Shown: one piece after another, positions 1 to 12,033 of the stretch | Layout of the letters: each line of letters begins with the position of its first letter | Position numbering within the stretch: the stretch's first letter is position 1 | From: Lophium mytilinum | Lineage: Eukaryota | Reading direction: 5' to 3' | DNA: 64,000 nt | NCBI GenBank assembly: GCA_010093605.1 | Contig: MU004204.1 | Coordinates: 266,959 to 330,958, forward strand | Notes under the pieces: model-generated | What the model saw: the letters and a program-made list of their open reading frames with translations, nothing else | Told to the model about the DNA's origin: nothing | Databases searched by the model: none | Position numbers and translations under genes: made by a program

Positions 1-250
1 GGAGCCTGCACTGACTTGGGGTCTGATTGGCTGGGTCACACACTATCATATAACAGGCTAGAGCGTTTTGTGGACGACATAAGAATCCCATCCGGGGCTT
101 CCTAACCCCTCCGCAGTATGCAGCCCTAAATACAACGCCAATCACACTTACCCAGTTGAACCCATTTCTTGAACGACCGTTACCCCCTTTGGATACTCTC
201 AACCATACACTCGCTTTAAGCCATCGAGGCACTAGCCGCAAGCTTGCCAG

Positions 251-1990
251 ATGATGACGTTTTCTCCGCAGTTTCTAGTCTTTGATAGTAAGACGGGGCC
301 AAAGAGCGAAGACCGGGGACTGATCTACTGCTCGTCTAAAGAGTCCAAAGTCCAATGGCCACCATCAGTTCGAAGAGGAAGACCGCGGAAAGGCGGGTGC
401 TCGCCGAAGACCCCGTTGAAACAGGTTGAAAGATCTCCAAAGCAGCGCTATGAATTCGTCCATTGTTCGGATAGAAAACCACCCAATGACGCTTCTAGTC
501 GAAAGCTCGTTCGGACCCATGTCATGCATAATCATCGAAGGGCTAAGATGCGTGGGGTCCAAGACACCGAAGTCGAGGGTCAAAATAGTCCCACAGAACC
601 AACCGTTGAGCTTGCCCATTTCCCTATCCCCTCCCCAGGGCGCTGGAGCCGTGACCCCTTCGATAGCTTCCCCCTGAAAATGCGACCGCACATGCACGAG
701 CTGCTTTACCTCTGTAAGTCCTATAATCTTCGCTCGCCAGATCATCAATCTCAGGCATCACATGACATCTTTAATTGATGCGACGATCATAGACGTCTCC
801 GCCGCATCCACCTATCTCTACCCCATCGAAGCTCTCCACGGCCTCAATCCAACATCAACCCTCTGGGTGCCCCTCGCACTCACTGACCCGGCTTTGCTGA
901 GCTCGCTCCTCTTCTCCAGCGAGCAGTTTTCGGCGAAAGTTCATGGTCAGAGGGTGCCGTCCTCCGCACTTAAACACCTAACGCAAGCGGTACGGATCCT
1001 CAATGCGCGGTTGCAGAATCCTGGAGAGGAGATCAGTGATTCGACCATCGCTGCAGTGGCTGGTCTAGCCTTGACAGAAGTGAGTGGTGCTCCCATAGCT
1101 TAACCTTGAGTACACTAACGTAGCTATGCTGGCAGCAAGCAAGTGGTAACCAGGCAAACTGGCGCATCCACATGAGGGGCATACAGCGAATGGTCGAGAT
1201 GCGCGGGGGCATGCAGGCCTTCCACAGTAGGCCAATCCTGCATGACAAGCTGTGCCGGTAATCCCAAAATGCTTCTACCTTCAGCCCCAGTTAGCTGTTG
1301 CTAAATCAGTGCAGTGCCGACATATGCGGCTCTATATATTCCCTCTCGCAGCCCTACCTTCAACCTCAGCTCGAGGCCCTTCCCAGCTACGACAGGTCAG
1401 AGCGGCCTCTCCCTCCAGGCTTCCGGGTTCTCCACCACGCGTACGGATTCGACGCTTATTTCCTAGACATTCTCTATGATGTACACAGCGTGACTGAGCA
1501 CCTCAAAACCGCCGACCTAGTAAAATCAGACATCATTCCCTCACGGCTCCGCTCCCAAATCCGCTCAGTCCAATACCGGCTTCTCTCCGCCCAGAACGCT
1601 GCCACTAGCACATCTGACGATATAGACCACCTCCTCGCCACTTGCCATCTATCCCTCCTTCTCTATACCGGCATCGTCCAGAATGAGTTCTGGGCGTCGC
1701 CGGTAAGCGCGCAGTTCGTAAAGCAGCTGCAGTGTTGCCTTGGGAGGAGGGAGTTGTTTGTTAGTGAGGCGATGCGCGCGATGAGGGTGTGGCTGCTTTT
1801 TCTCTCGGGGGCCGTTATTAGTGAGCAGAGCGAGAGGACTTGGATTGCAGAGGGTATTGAGAAAGTAGCAGAGGAGCTGAAACTAAGGAGTTGGATTGAG
1901 GTAAGGGGAGTGCTGGAGGAGTTTGCGTGGGTTCCGAAGGTGATGGATAGGGGTGGCGAAGAGCTATGGGGAGAGCTTGTGAGAATGTGA
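251..1990 (+). CDS. Fungal-specific transcription-factor-domain protein (no Zn cluster seen; N-terminal AT-hook-like RRGRPRK)
   Basis: Three GT-AG introns (714-792, 1080-1135, 1258-1314) join the ORFs in frame. Motifs SRKLVRTHVM, DPFDSFP, ALTDPALLSSLL, ISDSTIAAVAGLA and WRIHMRGIQRMVEMRGG are typical of this fungal family. Confidence 0.75.
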
Positions 1991-2417
1991 GGGAGACAAG
2001 AGATCGGGAGCGCCGAATGCACACACATTTTGCGTACAACCTTCTAACGTCGTCTTGGGTAGCCTCGCGAGTTTAGTAGTAATCAAAATCGCCGGACCTG
2101 ATACAGGGCTTGACGTAGGCTGAGAGTAGCGGAAAGGAGGAGATAAATTTGAGCACTACAATTATACAGCTTGCGAAGGATGAAGATGTGGAGCTAACTG
2201 CCCAGGAGGCGAAGGTGGCAGTTACCAGTGATGGCGTATTAGAGTAAGTGACCCGAATAGGATCCCGGATCGCTATCAGACTATCATGCCGACAATGTCG
2301 ACGCTAAATCACTAATTTCAAACTAACTATATGTTCTTAGATTGATTATTCTCTACTCTAGCTATGCATGGCAGTATTTGAGTATCTCATCGTGCAATAA
2401 TAATGAAGTGTCAGTAC

Positions 2418-3101
2418 TCAAAAGCTCCCGAAACCGCCTCGCCATCCTCCAAAACCAAATCCACCACGTCCTGGTCCATAAAAGTTTCCACGGCCGGTCC
2501 CGTAAGCTCCACGCCCTGCGAACCCGAAAGGTTGCCCGAACCCGCCGCGGCCTCCCAAACCGCCGAAAGCTCTCATCTGAGGACCACCACCTACTCCAGG
2601 ACCTCCCATTCCCATACCTCCCATACCACCCATACCACCCATACCACCCATACCACCCATACCACCCATACCTTGCCCTCCACCACCAGCTCTATACTGC
2701 GCCAACCAAGCCCTCAGCCCTTCCGGGGTTTTCGTAGCTTTGTGAAAGGCATTACCATAAGAGTCATCGGTATCCCCGGCTTCGAAAAAGGCGTCTTTTT
2801 CTTCCAGTGTCATTGAAGCATGGATCCTACGCATCTCTAGTCCTCGAGCGTGACCAGGGTCTTTGTTCGGGTCCTTGTTGTAGACGCGGCGCAATATCTC
2901 GAGCTCGGCGATGTGTTCGGAGATGGGGCGGCCGCCTATCATTTCTTCGCCGTTGTTGGGGCTGGGTTGGGAGTGGTGGGATTGGGTTTGTGAGGGGGCT
3001 TGTGAGTAGGTGCTCTGGGTGCCTCGTGAGCTATGAGTGCTGGGAGTTCCTCCACCGCGTCCGCCGCGGAAGGATCCGCCGCCAAAGGGTCCGCCGAACA
3101 T
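2418..3101 (-). CDS. Gly/Met/Phe-rich low-complexity protein A (GGM repeats, RGG-like ends)
   Basis: Intronless ORF from the ATG at 3101 (MFGGPFGGG...). TATA-like run about 120 nt upstream. N-terminus shared with the neighbour at 4271. Confidence 0.7.
   Translation of the reverse strand: MFGGPFGGGSFRGGRGGGTPSTHSSRGTQSTYSQAPSQTQSHHSQPSPNNGEEMIGGRPISEHIAELEILRRVYNKDPNKDPGHARGLEMRRIHASMTLEEKDAFFEAGDTDDSYGNAFHKATKTPEGLRAWLAQYRAGGGGQGMGGMGGMGGMGGMGGMGGMGMGGPGVGGGPQMRAFGGLGGRGGFGQPFGFAGRGAYGTGRGNFYGPGRGGFGFGGWRGGFGSF
2620..2670. repeat. 9-bp coding tandem repeat (CCCATACCA)n encoding GGM
   Basis: Directly visible tandem units. Confidence 0.9.
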
Positions 3102-3710
3102 GATAAGTGATGGATTTTGGTGATCAGAAGCCTTTAGAAGAGGGCAAGAAGTTAGAGTTTTAGAAGTTGTGCGTAGTAGAAGCGTGGAGGAAGTAAGGAA
3201 AGTAAAGAAAAGGAGTGATATATATAACTCGAAGTCTTGAAAGCCACGTAGGGCATGAACGTGGCACATCTACGGCCTTGGTGAAGTCGTAGTATATCTG
3301 TGACGTGGGTTATACTGTGCTGTCTTGTTTGCTGGAGCCGTTTCCCCCTATCTCTCATTCAAGCTGTGAAAGATGAAAGCCGCAGAGAAACTGTCCATGG
3401 ATTTTCATCCGTCACCTAATAGGCTCTTCGACGTAGCCAGATTATCCTTCCATCCAGAAACCTATTTGCCAAGGCTATCTCGTACGTGGAGATTATTATC
3501 ATGAAAAGAATCTGAAGTTAGGTTTCATCCTTCAAGTACTTCTTTCACTGACGCCAATATTCAATGCTAAAGTAATCCAGGGGGAATGTAAAGTGTATAT
3601 CAAGGGGATAAACTACAATATTCAACTGTCTACCTATATTTCCAGCCCCACGCTATTGTGGATGTCCTACAGCCGGCTTTAGCTAGCATCCTGATTTGCC
3701 GAATATCATA

Positions 3711-4271
3711 CTAGTGCCACGGACAAGGACAATTAGGGTCAGCGCATGGAGCTTCACCGCCACCAAATCCTCCCATACCTCCAAGGCGTCGTCGTCTACC
3801 TCCCATACTCGGCATCCCTCCCATGCCTCCCATACCTCCCATCCCTCCCATCATGCCTCCCATGCTTCTCATTCCACCTCGCATGCCCCCCATGCCACCC
3901 ATACCTGCCATTCCACCCATTCCCCCCATACCCGGCATTCCGTCCATGCCTGGCATCCCTCCCATGCCTCCCATACTGCCTCCCATAGGGCGACGCCTAC
4001 CTCCCATAGACTCCATCCCGCCCATGCCTCCCATACCGCCCATACCGCCAAACATCCGCGGATCTCTACCACCGGGGCGCCTACGCCGGCCACCGCCCAT
4101 GCCCATGCCACCCATTCCATCGCCATCTGAGTCGCCTGAGCCATAGGGGTCAGGCTGGCGAGGTCCACGGCGGCGTCCGCCTCCGCGCCTGCCTCCGCCC
4201 ATTCCCCCGCCGGGTCCGCCTATGCCTCCACCCATACCACCCATCCCTCCGCCAAAAGGGCCGCCGAACAT
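3711..4271 (-). CDS. Gly/Met-rich low-complexity protein B with C-terminal CADPNCPCPWH
   Basis: Intronless ORF from the ATG at 4271 (MFGGPFGGG...) with many GGM/GM repeats and Arg clusters. Confidence 0.7.
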   Translation of the reverse strand: MFGGPFGGGMGGMGGGIGGPGGGMGGGRRGGGRRRGPRQPDPYGSGDSDGDGMGGMGMGGGRRRRPGGRDPRMFGGMGGMGGMGGMESMGGRRRPMGGSMGGMGGMPGMDGMPGMGGMGGMAGMGGMGGMRGGMRSMGGMMGGMGGMGGMGGMPSMGGRRRRLGGMGGFGGGEAPCADPNCPCPWH

Positions 4272-4472
4272 GTTTTGCAAGTTGTTGATTGCAGAGGGGG
4301 TTTCAGAAAGTTGTTAGAGCTCAGGCTTTGTCTGAGTTCTTGGAAAGTGTGTGTAGTGGGAGCTGGAGTTGGTGAGTGGGAAAGCAGTGGAGGGAGGGGG
4401 GTAGATATACCTCAGGAGTTGCAGGCTTACCACGTAGGGGTTATGGTGAAGGGAAGGGGTTTTTTTTTTTTG

Positions 4473-4507
4473 NNNNNNNNNNNNNNNNNNNNNNNNNNNN
4501 NNNNNNN
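4473..4507. other. Assembly gap (35 N) between poly-T and poly-G runs
   Basis: N characters in the sequence. Confidence 1.
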
Positions 4508-4665
4508 GGGGTGGTACGCGGTGGGCTTGACGTGTGCGGTGCTGTTACTGCTGTCGTGTTGGCTGTTGATGGTGAAGGAGAGCGTGAAGATGTGGGATCA
4601 CTGGGAGTGGCATGTAAGGTAGAAGGGGTTGGCAAAAATTACGTGGATTAGCTATTTTGTCCTCT

Positions 4666-6378
4666 CTATGCTGTCGTGGAATATCTGACGCATCGTTAGC
4701 ATCGAGTCTCAATCGCAGAAAGTCGGACTACTCACTGTATGATCACAGACTTGGTCTGTGAGTACTCCTTCAAAACCGCCTTACCATTCTCCCTCCCAAC
4801 ACCGCTGCTCTTGTACCCGCCAAACGGCACAGTTGGATGGAATGGCAACTGGTTGTTCACCGTAACCGTCCCTGCTTCCAACTTGTTCGCAATCCTAATC
4901 GCGCGATCGATATCCTTAGTGAAAACCGCCGCGCCAAGCCCATACTCAGTGTCATTCGCCTTCAGCAACACCTCGTCCTCAGTCTTGAACGTGTCGACGA
5001 CTACCACTGGCCCGAAGATTTCCTTTGACACAATCTCCGCACCCTTAGCCGGCTTGAAGAAGATGGTCGGCTCGACGTATAGCCCCTTTTCTCCCCAGCT
5101 GTTGCCTCCAGTCACCGTCTCCGCCTCCTTCTTGCCTTGCTCCAAAAATCTCAGCACCGTCTTGTGCTGTGCGGGGTGGTATAGCGGGCTGCTCATGGTG
5201 GTCATGTCATGCGGATCCGACCCGAGGGTGCTGGCACTATGCTCGACCATCGCCTTCAACGCACCCAGGTACGCCTCTGCAATATCCTCATGCACATAGA
5301 TGCGCGTGCCTAGGATACAACCCTGGCCATTCAGCGCCATGAAGCTCGCGCCCGACTGCGCGGCATGGCCAAGATCTGCATCTGGGAACACGATCACGGG
5401 ACTCTTGCCGCCAAGCTCGAGGGTAACGCGCTTAAGATTCGAGTTCGTGCCGGCAACCTGTACTTTCTTGCCGGTCGCGACGCTACCCGTGAAGCTGATC
5501 TTGCGGATCTTGAGGTGGGAGGAGAGAGCTGCGCCAGCTTCGCCCGCGCCAACGAGGATGTTAAGGACGCCAGGGGGGATGCCGGCCTCGATGGCGAGCT
5601 GGCCGAGGAGGAGAGAGCTGAAGGGGTTGAATTCGGAGGCTTTGCTGATGATGACGTTGCCGGCGGCGAGGGCGGGCGCGGCTTTCATGGCAAATGTGAT
5701 GATGGGGCTGTTGAAGGCGTTTATGGCAGCGCAGATGCCAAGGGGCTCGTTGCGGACGATCTGGGCGCTGTTAGCTGTGACATCTTCTCACTGGTTCAAT
5801 TCAAGAACTTGAAAGGGCGTGTAAGATGAAGTTACGAACTCGTAGGAATCCCTGGTCGTCCGGCTGGACCTCTCCAACGTGTTTGTCGCAAAAGCCGGCG
5901 AAGTATCTGAAGAGATCACCGGCGCTTTTAGGTTCATGGAAGCCGCCGAAGAATGCTGGTTTGCCGACGAGAACGGATTCTAGGTAACCAAGTTTCTCGG
6001 CATTCTCTTCGATCAGTGTGGCGTATTTCCACAGGAGCTGTCCGCGTGTAGCCTGGGAGTTGTCAGTGAGTCTCACTTCTTGCGTTCGGCATGGCTGCAT
6101 ACTGGTGATAGTCCTATCCATTCTGGGAACGCTTTGGCGGCAGACTCAACTGCGAGCTCAACGTCTTCAGTATTGGCGTAAAAGAGCTCTAATATCGGTG
6201 TGGAGTTAGTGTCTGATCCAAACTGCGTTACCAATGGGAGACAGGTGAATCACGTACCTTCCGCAATCACCGAATCGTCTACAGCTGACCTTAAAGTCAC
6301 CTTCTCCGTCCCCTTTGTTTTTACAAATTCGCCATGGATGAATTGGCCGCTAGGAATAGGATACTTAAAGGTCGACAT
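4666..6378 (-). CDS. Aldehyde dehydrogenase
   Basis: Start MSTFKYPIPSGQFIHGEF. Motifs ISFTGS, TLELGGKSP (catalytic Glu), NGQGC (catalytic Cys), EIFGPV and PFGGYKSSGVGRE. Several introns; last exon QYSTTA*. Confidence 0.93.
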
Positions 6379-7321
6379 GGTGCTTGGCGTTTTGGAGACT
6401 CGAGAAAATGGAAGACAAGAATAGCACGGGAAGGCTCAGGTTATATAGGCGAACTAAGCTCTTGTAGAACAAACATACAGTTCTGGGCGGAATTCGACGG
6501 ATCAATGAGATATTCTCTTTGCACCATTCGGAGACACGAGACGACCCTGGCCCACTGGTTACTCTTCCCAGTCTTCCACAAACAGAGGTCCGAAATGACC
6601 CGGATAGCCCCATCAACCGAGAACATACTCAATTCTGACGGACGGAAGAGCTTTCACTGCCATTCCGTTAGTATATGTAGTTCCATGACCCGTCCGGGAC
6701 GATCCCGAATGCCGGCTGAGGCAAAGCTAGAGCAAAAGATCCCGAGTACCGCGTTGTTTTAGACTCTAGACTACGAAGGCAGATTCGCAGCCATAGATTG
6801 GTGGCCTCGTGTCCGCAATCTGGTTTTTGGTGCGTACAATTGGTTGAGGTGTAGTTTCAGAGCACATATGCATGATGTGCGGGGATAGCTGAGCGCTAGA
6901 GCACACCCCGCATCAAAGGGCGTTTCCACAAGGCTAGGTACCCCGCCCAAACCTAGACTCTACGTAGCCGGATTTACGTTACACCATTTGCATAAAACAG
7001 TGGGACGGTTGGACGGACGCTGCAGCTTCCGGGAGCTTCAATTGTCAGTCATACAACTTCAGTCGAGATAGTGTGCATAAAAGAGCTTGCCAACGGCATG
7101 CGGAAGAAGCGTCATCCAGCTCTTCTTCTCGTGACGGGTAAGTCTATGTGCTCGTTCCATGGATGTATGATCGTGGACGGAAGTGAACGGGAATGCTTAC
7201 ATTTAAGCCATAGAACCACTTTCCACGATCCAGCCAAAACTTTTCTATAAAAGTCGGCATTCTACAAGCTTTTGAGATCCTTTCTTGCTTCTAAAGCCGA
7301 GCGAAACCTGTGTCCGAAATC

Positions 7322-8145
7322 ATGGAGTCTCTAGCAGGAAAAGTATACGCAGTCTCTGGTGGCGCATCTGGCATGGGCCTGGCAACCGCCCGTCTCCTCG
7401 CACAATCGAAAGCCCGCGGCATCTCTATCGGCGACTTCCAAGATGCCAACTTCGAGGCTATCAAGAAAGAGCTTCAGTCTATCAACGCCTCCACGGAGGT
7501 CCATACCTTCAAAGTCGACGTCTCAAAATCTGCCTCCGTAGCCGCTTGGATCGAGAGCCTTATATCGACATTCGGTGCCTTGGACGGATCCGTCAATGCC
7601 GCTGGAATTGCCCAGCCAGTAGGCGTACGCAAGTCGCCAGCTGTCTTGGAGGAGACCGACGAGACCTGGCATCGAACTATGGGAATCAACCTAGACGGCG
7701 TGTTTTTCTCCACCAGAGAGCAGATTCGAGCAATGGTAGCGCTTCCAAAGGGGCCGAGAAGCATTGTCAACATTGCGAGTATTGCGGCTTTGGTTCACGG
7801 CCCAGACACGTATGGCTATTCGACGTCGAAGTCTTCGGTTGTGCATTTCTCCCAAAGTGTGGCTAAAGATGTGCTGCCCCACGGGATCAGAGTTAATGCG
7901 GTATCGCCAGGTGCGTCAGCTTGAGCGGAGATGATTGAATTTTACTGACGAGTATTGTAGGAGCAACTGCGACGCCTATGTTAGCTCAATTTTTTGCTCC
8001 ACAGGAAGAGAACGCACCCATCGATACGCAGGGGTGGCAACTTGTGCAGCCAGAAGACATTGCCCGGGCGGCAGGGTGGTTGTTGAGCGAGGCGTCTTCG
8101 CAAGTTTCTGGGGTCAACGTACCAGTCGGCCCGGGTGCTCCGTGA
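7322..8145 (+). CDS. Short-chain dehydrogenase/reductase
   Basis: SGGASGMG Rossmann motif, NAAGI, NIAS, YSTSK catalytic YxxxK, IRVNAVSPG. One intron at about 7911-7960. Confidence 0.93.
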
Positions 8146-8422
8146 TCTACATGTAGACTGTATAATCTTGTCCCCCTGTGGTTCCGTATAAAGGACGAAA
8201 AGAAGAGTACCTCGATGTCGAGGATTTGTTGTTTACGTATTGGAAAAACCCACCCTGGGACATAGGAATTCTATTGATCAGGCGTCTATGTGAGAATGCC
8301 ACTCGTGACCGTCTGAAGTAAGACTAGATCTAAGATCTCATCTTCATAATCTTGGAGCTGCCGTATACCTGTTTCTCGAATTGGTCGCCTGTGACAAACC
8401 AACAGTGATGAGGTCAATCATC

Positions 8423-9562
8423 TTACTGTCCGTCTGCCTTTGGCTTCGCTAACTTCTGTGCTTCATCCGAAGCGATCATTTGATCGTACTCTGGACGAGG
8501 GATTTCCAATCCATCGACGAGTCGGCCATAGGTAATGCCACCAAGGCGGCTCATGGGGCGCAGGATCTGTTGGTGAGTTGGATGAGCTTGGGCAGATTTG
8601 GAAGAATAAATGTGAAGTTTGCAGGAATACACGTACGCCGGGATCAATCTGATTCCCATCCTCGTTTACCGAGTCTTCTCGCGCCCAGAAGTTGACCCCC
8701 TCGATGATCGCCATCACCCCTGTCTTCTTGCCTGCCGTCGATCGACTCTCGAATTCTTTAGTATCCATTAGCTTCCCCTCGACGCTGAAAACTGCTTCCT
8801 TGACACGCGAAGCGGCGACCTTCTTGCAAGGAGCTGGATGCAGTCCAGAGAGTGCCCACTCGGAAATGCCCTATGATTATGTCAGTCTCCAGGTAACTCC
8901 AACAACATCCCGACTAGGAGAAGCGGCTCACATAGGGCGCATTGACTGAGGTAGAGTTTGCAGCCTCGACGTAGTGCTCGGATATAATATTGATACAGCC
9001 TGGAGCTCTAGCATAAGAAGGTAACCCATAATTACTATTAAGGACATGATGCGTACATTCGCCGGTCTCGGTGAGGTTCCGTAGACTGTCTTTCATCAAG
9101 TTGAAGCCTCCGGCAAATCCGATGATGAAAACCGGAGGATCGTGGTTGACCATGTTGAAGTAGCTGAAGGGCGAGAGATTCGTGCTAGATCCTGTTGATC
9201 CAATCAATCAGTGCACCGACGTCTTATTGTCGGCTTTTCCGTCACTAACCATCCTTTGATATTGTACTAACAAAGCCTATTGGTCTAGGGACAATCGCAG
9301 AGATTAGAAGTTTGTAATTGAAGACCGCAGGGCGACCCTCTGCGTAAGGGTCGATTTCTCGATGTTCCTTCGTGAGGCATTCTCCGCCGTCATTTGCACC
9401 GTCGCCAGGTTTCCAATTGGGATTCTTGGTCTGTGTATATGCGAAGCCTTTGGATGCATCCCATTCGGGACGAGAAGCTTCTACCTTTTTGAAATCCGGG
9501 TGTGGGTTGCGCTTGATGCTCTTCTCGGCGTCCAGCAGATGCTGTTTTGAATCTGCACTCAT
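8423..9562 (-). CDS. Flavin reductase-like FMN-binding split-barrel protein (DIM6/NTAB type)
   Basis: RNPHPDFKKVEASR, YKLLISAIVPRPIGFVST, NLSPFSYF, KDSLRNL and RLGGITYGR across spliced exons. Confidence 0.88.
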
Positions 9563-9914
9563 GATCACTGATTTCTTGGGAACGGTCTGATTCGTGCTAA
9601 GGTCTTGGATAATGGGATTTCTTGCCAGGGTCTCGCGTTTTATATATAGATTAGATGTCCGGAGTTATTTTGATGCTCGGCTTTGTGGTGCTGTTGCTTT
9701 TGTTAGACGGGCACGGACGGACGTCATGCGGAATTGCCCCGCCTCTGGCTAGAAGCGGTAATAGAAGGCGGGCGGGTCCTACGATAAGACAACACAAGTG
9801 CGGGGAGATGACTTCGGGCGAGTGATTTATATCAAACACGTCTTAAAGAGCCTTAGGCATCCTTTTTGTTGTCCAAGGGATCTTCTATCCTAACATTAGC
9901 CTAAGTTCAACATC

Positions 9915-11270
9915 ATGGCGGACCAATTCGAAACTTTTAAGCTTGGAAACTTCAAGTTGAAGTCAGGAGGGGAGATTCCAGATGCGTACATCGCGTACAA
10001 AACATTTGGAGACCCAAGTCTTCCTGCAATAATCTACCCGTCATGGTATTCCGGAGGTTTGCTACATCTTTGGACGTGCATATCAGAGGCTAACCAAATG
10101 AAGCGATATCGGACAATTTTTGGCTCATCGGTGAAGACAAGACGCTCAATCCGAAGAAATACTTCATTATCGTAACAGCCTTATTTGGCAACGGGCAGTC
10201 ATCATCGCCATCCAATATGCCAAGTCTGAGACCGTTCCCAGATGTCCTGTTCTACGACAATGTTAAAGCACAACATACTCTCGTGACCAAGCATTTGGGT
10301 ATTACTCATGCCCGCGCCGTGCTGGGCTGGTCGATGGGGGCAGGGCAAACCTATCAATGGGCGACGCAGTACCCAGAGTTCATGGACATTGTAGTGCCGT
10401 TCTGCGGCTCTGCAAAGACATCGCTGCATAACCAAGTGTTCCTCGAAGGCGTAAAATCAGGTTTATTTGCAGCAAAGGGCACGTCCTCAGCCGGAATATC
10501 GAAGGGAGAAATCCGAGCGACAGGTGCAGAGTACCGAGGGTTCACAGAAGAGGAAAAGAACAACGGCTTGAAAGCGCTCGGTCGGGTGTATGCTGGCTGG
10601 GGGTTCAGTCAGGCTTTCTATCGCGAAAAGCTCTATGAAAAGGTTCTCGGATTCAAGGACCTTGAAGATTTTGTATGTACCCGTTCCAGGAATTCAGCTT
10701 CTTAGCGTTGACCATATGACCAGATGGTGAACTTTTGGGAGAAGTGGGCATGCTCAAAAGGTAGGTTTTGGTCTGGCTTCATAGCAGTCGCTGCCGACCG
10801 CTGACTTAATGGCTATTTTGAAGATCCGGAGAACATGCTAGTCATGGCACATACCTGGCAGGCTGGTGATTGTTCGCAGCAGGAGCCATACAATGGCGAT
10901 TTTGCAGAAGCTATGCAGGGGATCAAGGCGAAAGCGCTGATTTTGCCAGGACAGACGGATCTCTACTTCCCGTAAGCTTTTCGAAGGACCATGTCACAGA
11001 CGGCTGACGTTTGTCAAGTCCTGAAGATTCAGAGATCGAAGTTGCGAATATGAAACCCGGAATTGGAGAGTTGCAGATCTGGCCTTCAATTTGGGGCCAT
11101 TGGGCAGGCGGTAAGTGACCAGAACAACTATTGAATTGAGCTGAGACTGACGTTCTCAAGGTCCTGGAGATAGCAAGGAAGATTTGAAGTGGCTCGATGA
11201 TAAGCTGAGATACTTCTTTGAGAAGCACAAAGATACGTTATCGGAGAAGGTAGGCTCTTTGACGTTGTAA
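9915..11270 (+). CDS. Homoserine O-acetyltransferase-like alpha/beta hydrolase
   Basis: Nucleophile elbow GWSMG; YPSWYSG, LFGNGQSSSPSN, TDLYF (Asp) and WGHWAG (His). Multiple short introns. Confidence 0.85.
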
Positions 11271-11552
11271 CGAATTTCAGTCTAGAAATATGCTTCCGAG
11301 GGATTCGATTTCCGGGCTAATCTTTGCCTCACTTTGCTGGCCAGCGGAGCTTGAATCTTGAGACAGGTCAATGGGATTAAGGTGTGCGAGCCAGCGATGA
11401 AGCTGTGCCTCATGCTACCGGCGATCGGATTCGATTGGCGCTGTTATTGACGAAAGGGGGGGGAGGAGGACCAGAGTAGATATATGGGAAAGATGAGACT
11501 AAAGCGCCTATAATATACTCCATGCACGGAATACTGGCTACCATCTTACCGG

Positions 11553-12033
11553 TCACCCCACCTTCTGGCCATCCTCTATGACCATGTACTCATCCCCAAC
11601 CATCATTTTCATCTGGCTGTCATCCATGAAGTTATCGTGGTCGCCAGTCAGCGCCGCGCCCTCCTTGTCATACATGAATTTGGCTAGACACAGGTAATCC
11701 GGAAAGACAAAGGTGCAGATGGCGTCGTAATCTAGCAACTTCGCTTTGTTGTGCATGATGTCTTGTATCATTTTGCGGTCCCTTTGTAGATGGTATGTCT
11801 GCAGGGGCACATTCAGACGTTCAGACTGCAATAGGGCACGGTGGGAGGGTTACCAAGCTGTAGCTAATTACACCCGCTCGCTGCACGACGGGGGCAGCTT
11901 TCTGTGCATGTACGTTGTTATAGTGGTTTATGAAGTCCTCGTCGGACATGCCCTCTTTCTTCTTGATAAGGATGGTGACTTTGACGACCTTGCGGAAGCC
12001 CGTCGTGTTGGGGTAGCCGGCTTCGAGCACCAT
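11553..12033 (-). CDS. EthD-domain protein
   Basis: ILIKKKEGMSDEDFINHYNNVHA, YDAICTF and DHDNFMD fit the EthD pattern. One intron. Confidence 0.85.

Noticed and set aside
2620..2670. CCCATACCA repeats as telomere-like or CRISPR-like arrays
   Set aside because: Not TTAGGG, no spacers, eukaryotic context; explained by GGM codons.
2342..4146. Plus-strand His/Pro/Thr-repeat ORFs (HPY, HTT, PPM repeats)
   Set aside because: Antisense shadows of the GGM repeats. The minus-strand frames have shared ATG starts and promoter elements.
4666..12033. Reading the enzyme block as a secondary-metabolite cluster or a Rut-type pyrimidine pathway
   Set aside because: No backbone synthase and no RutA-like monooxygenase in the window; kept only as an unspecified cluster.
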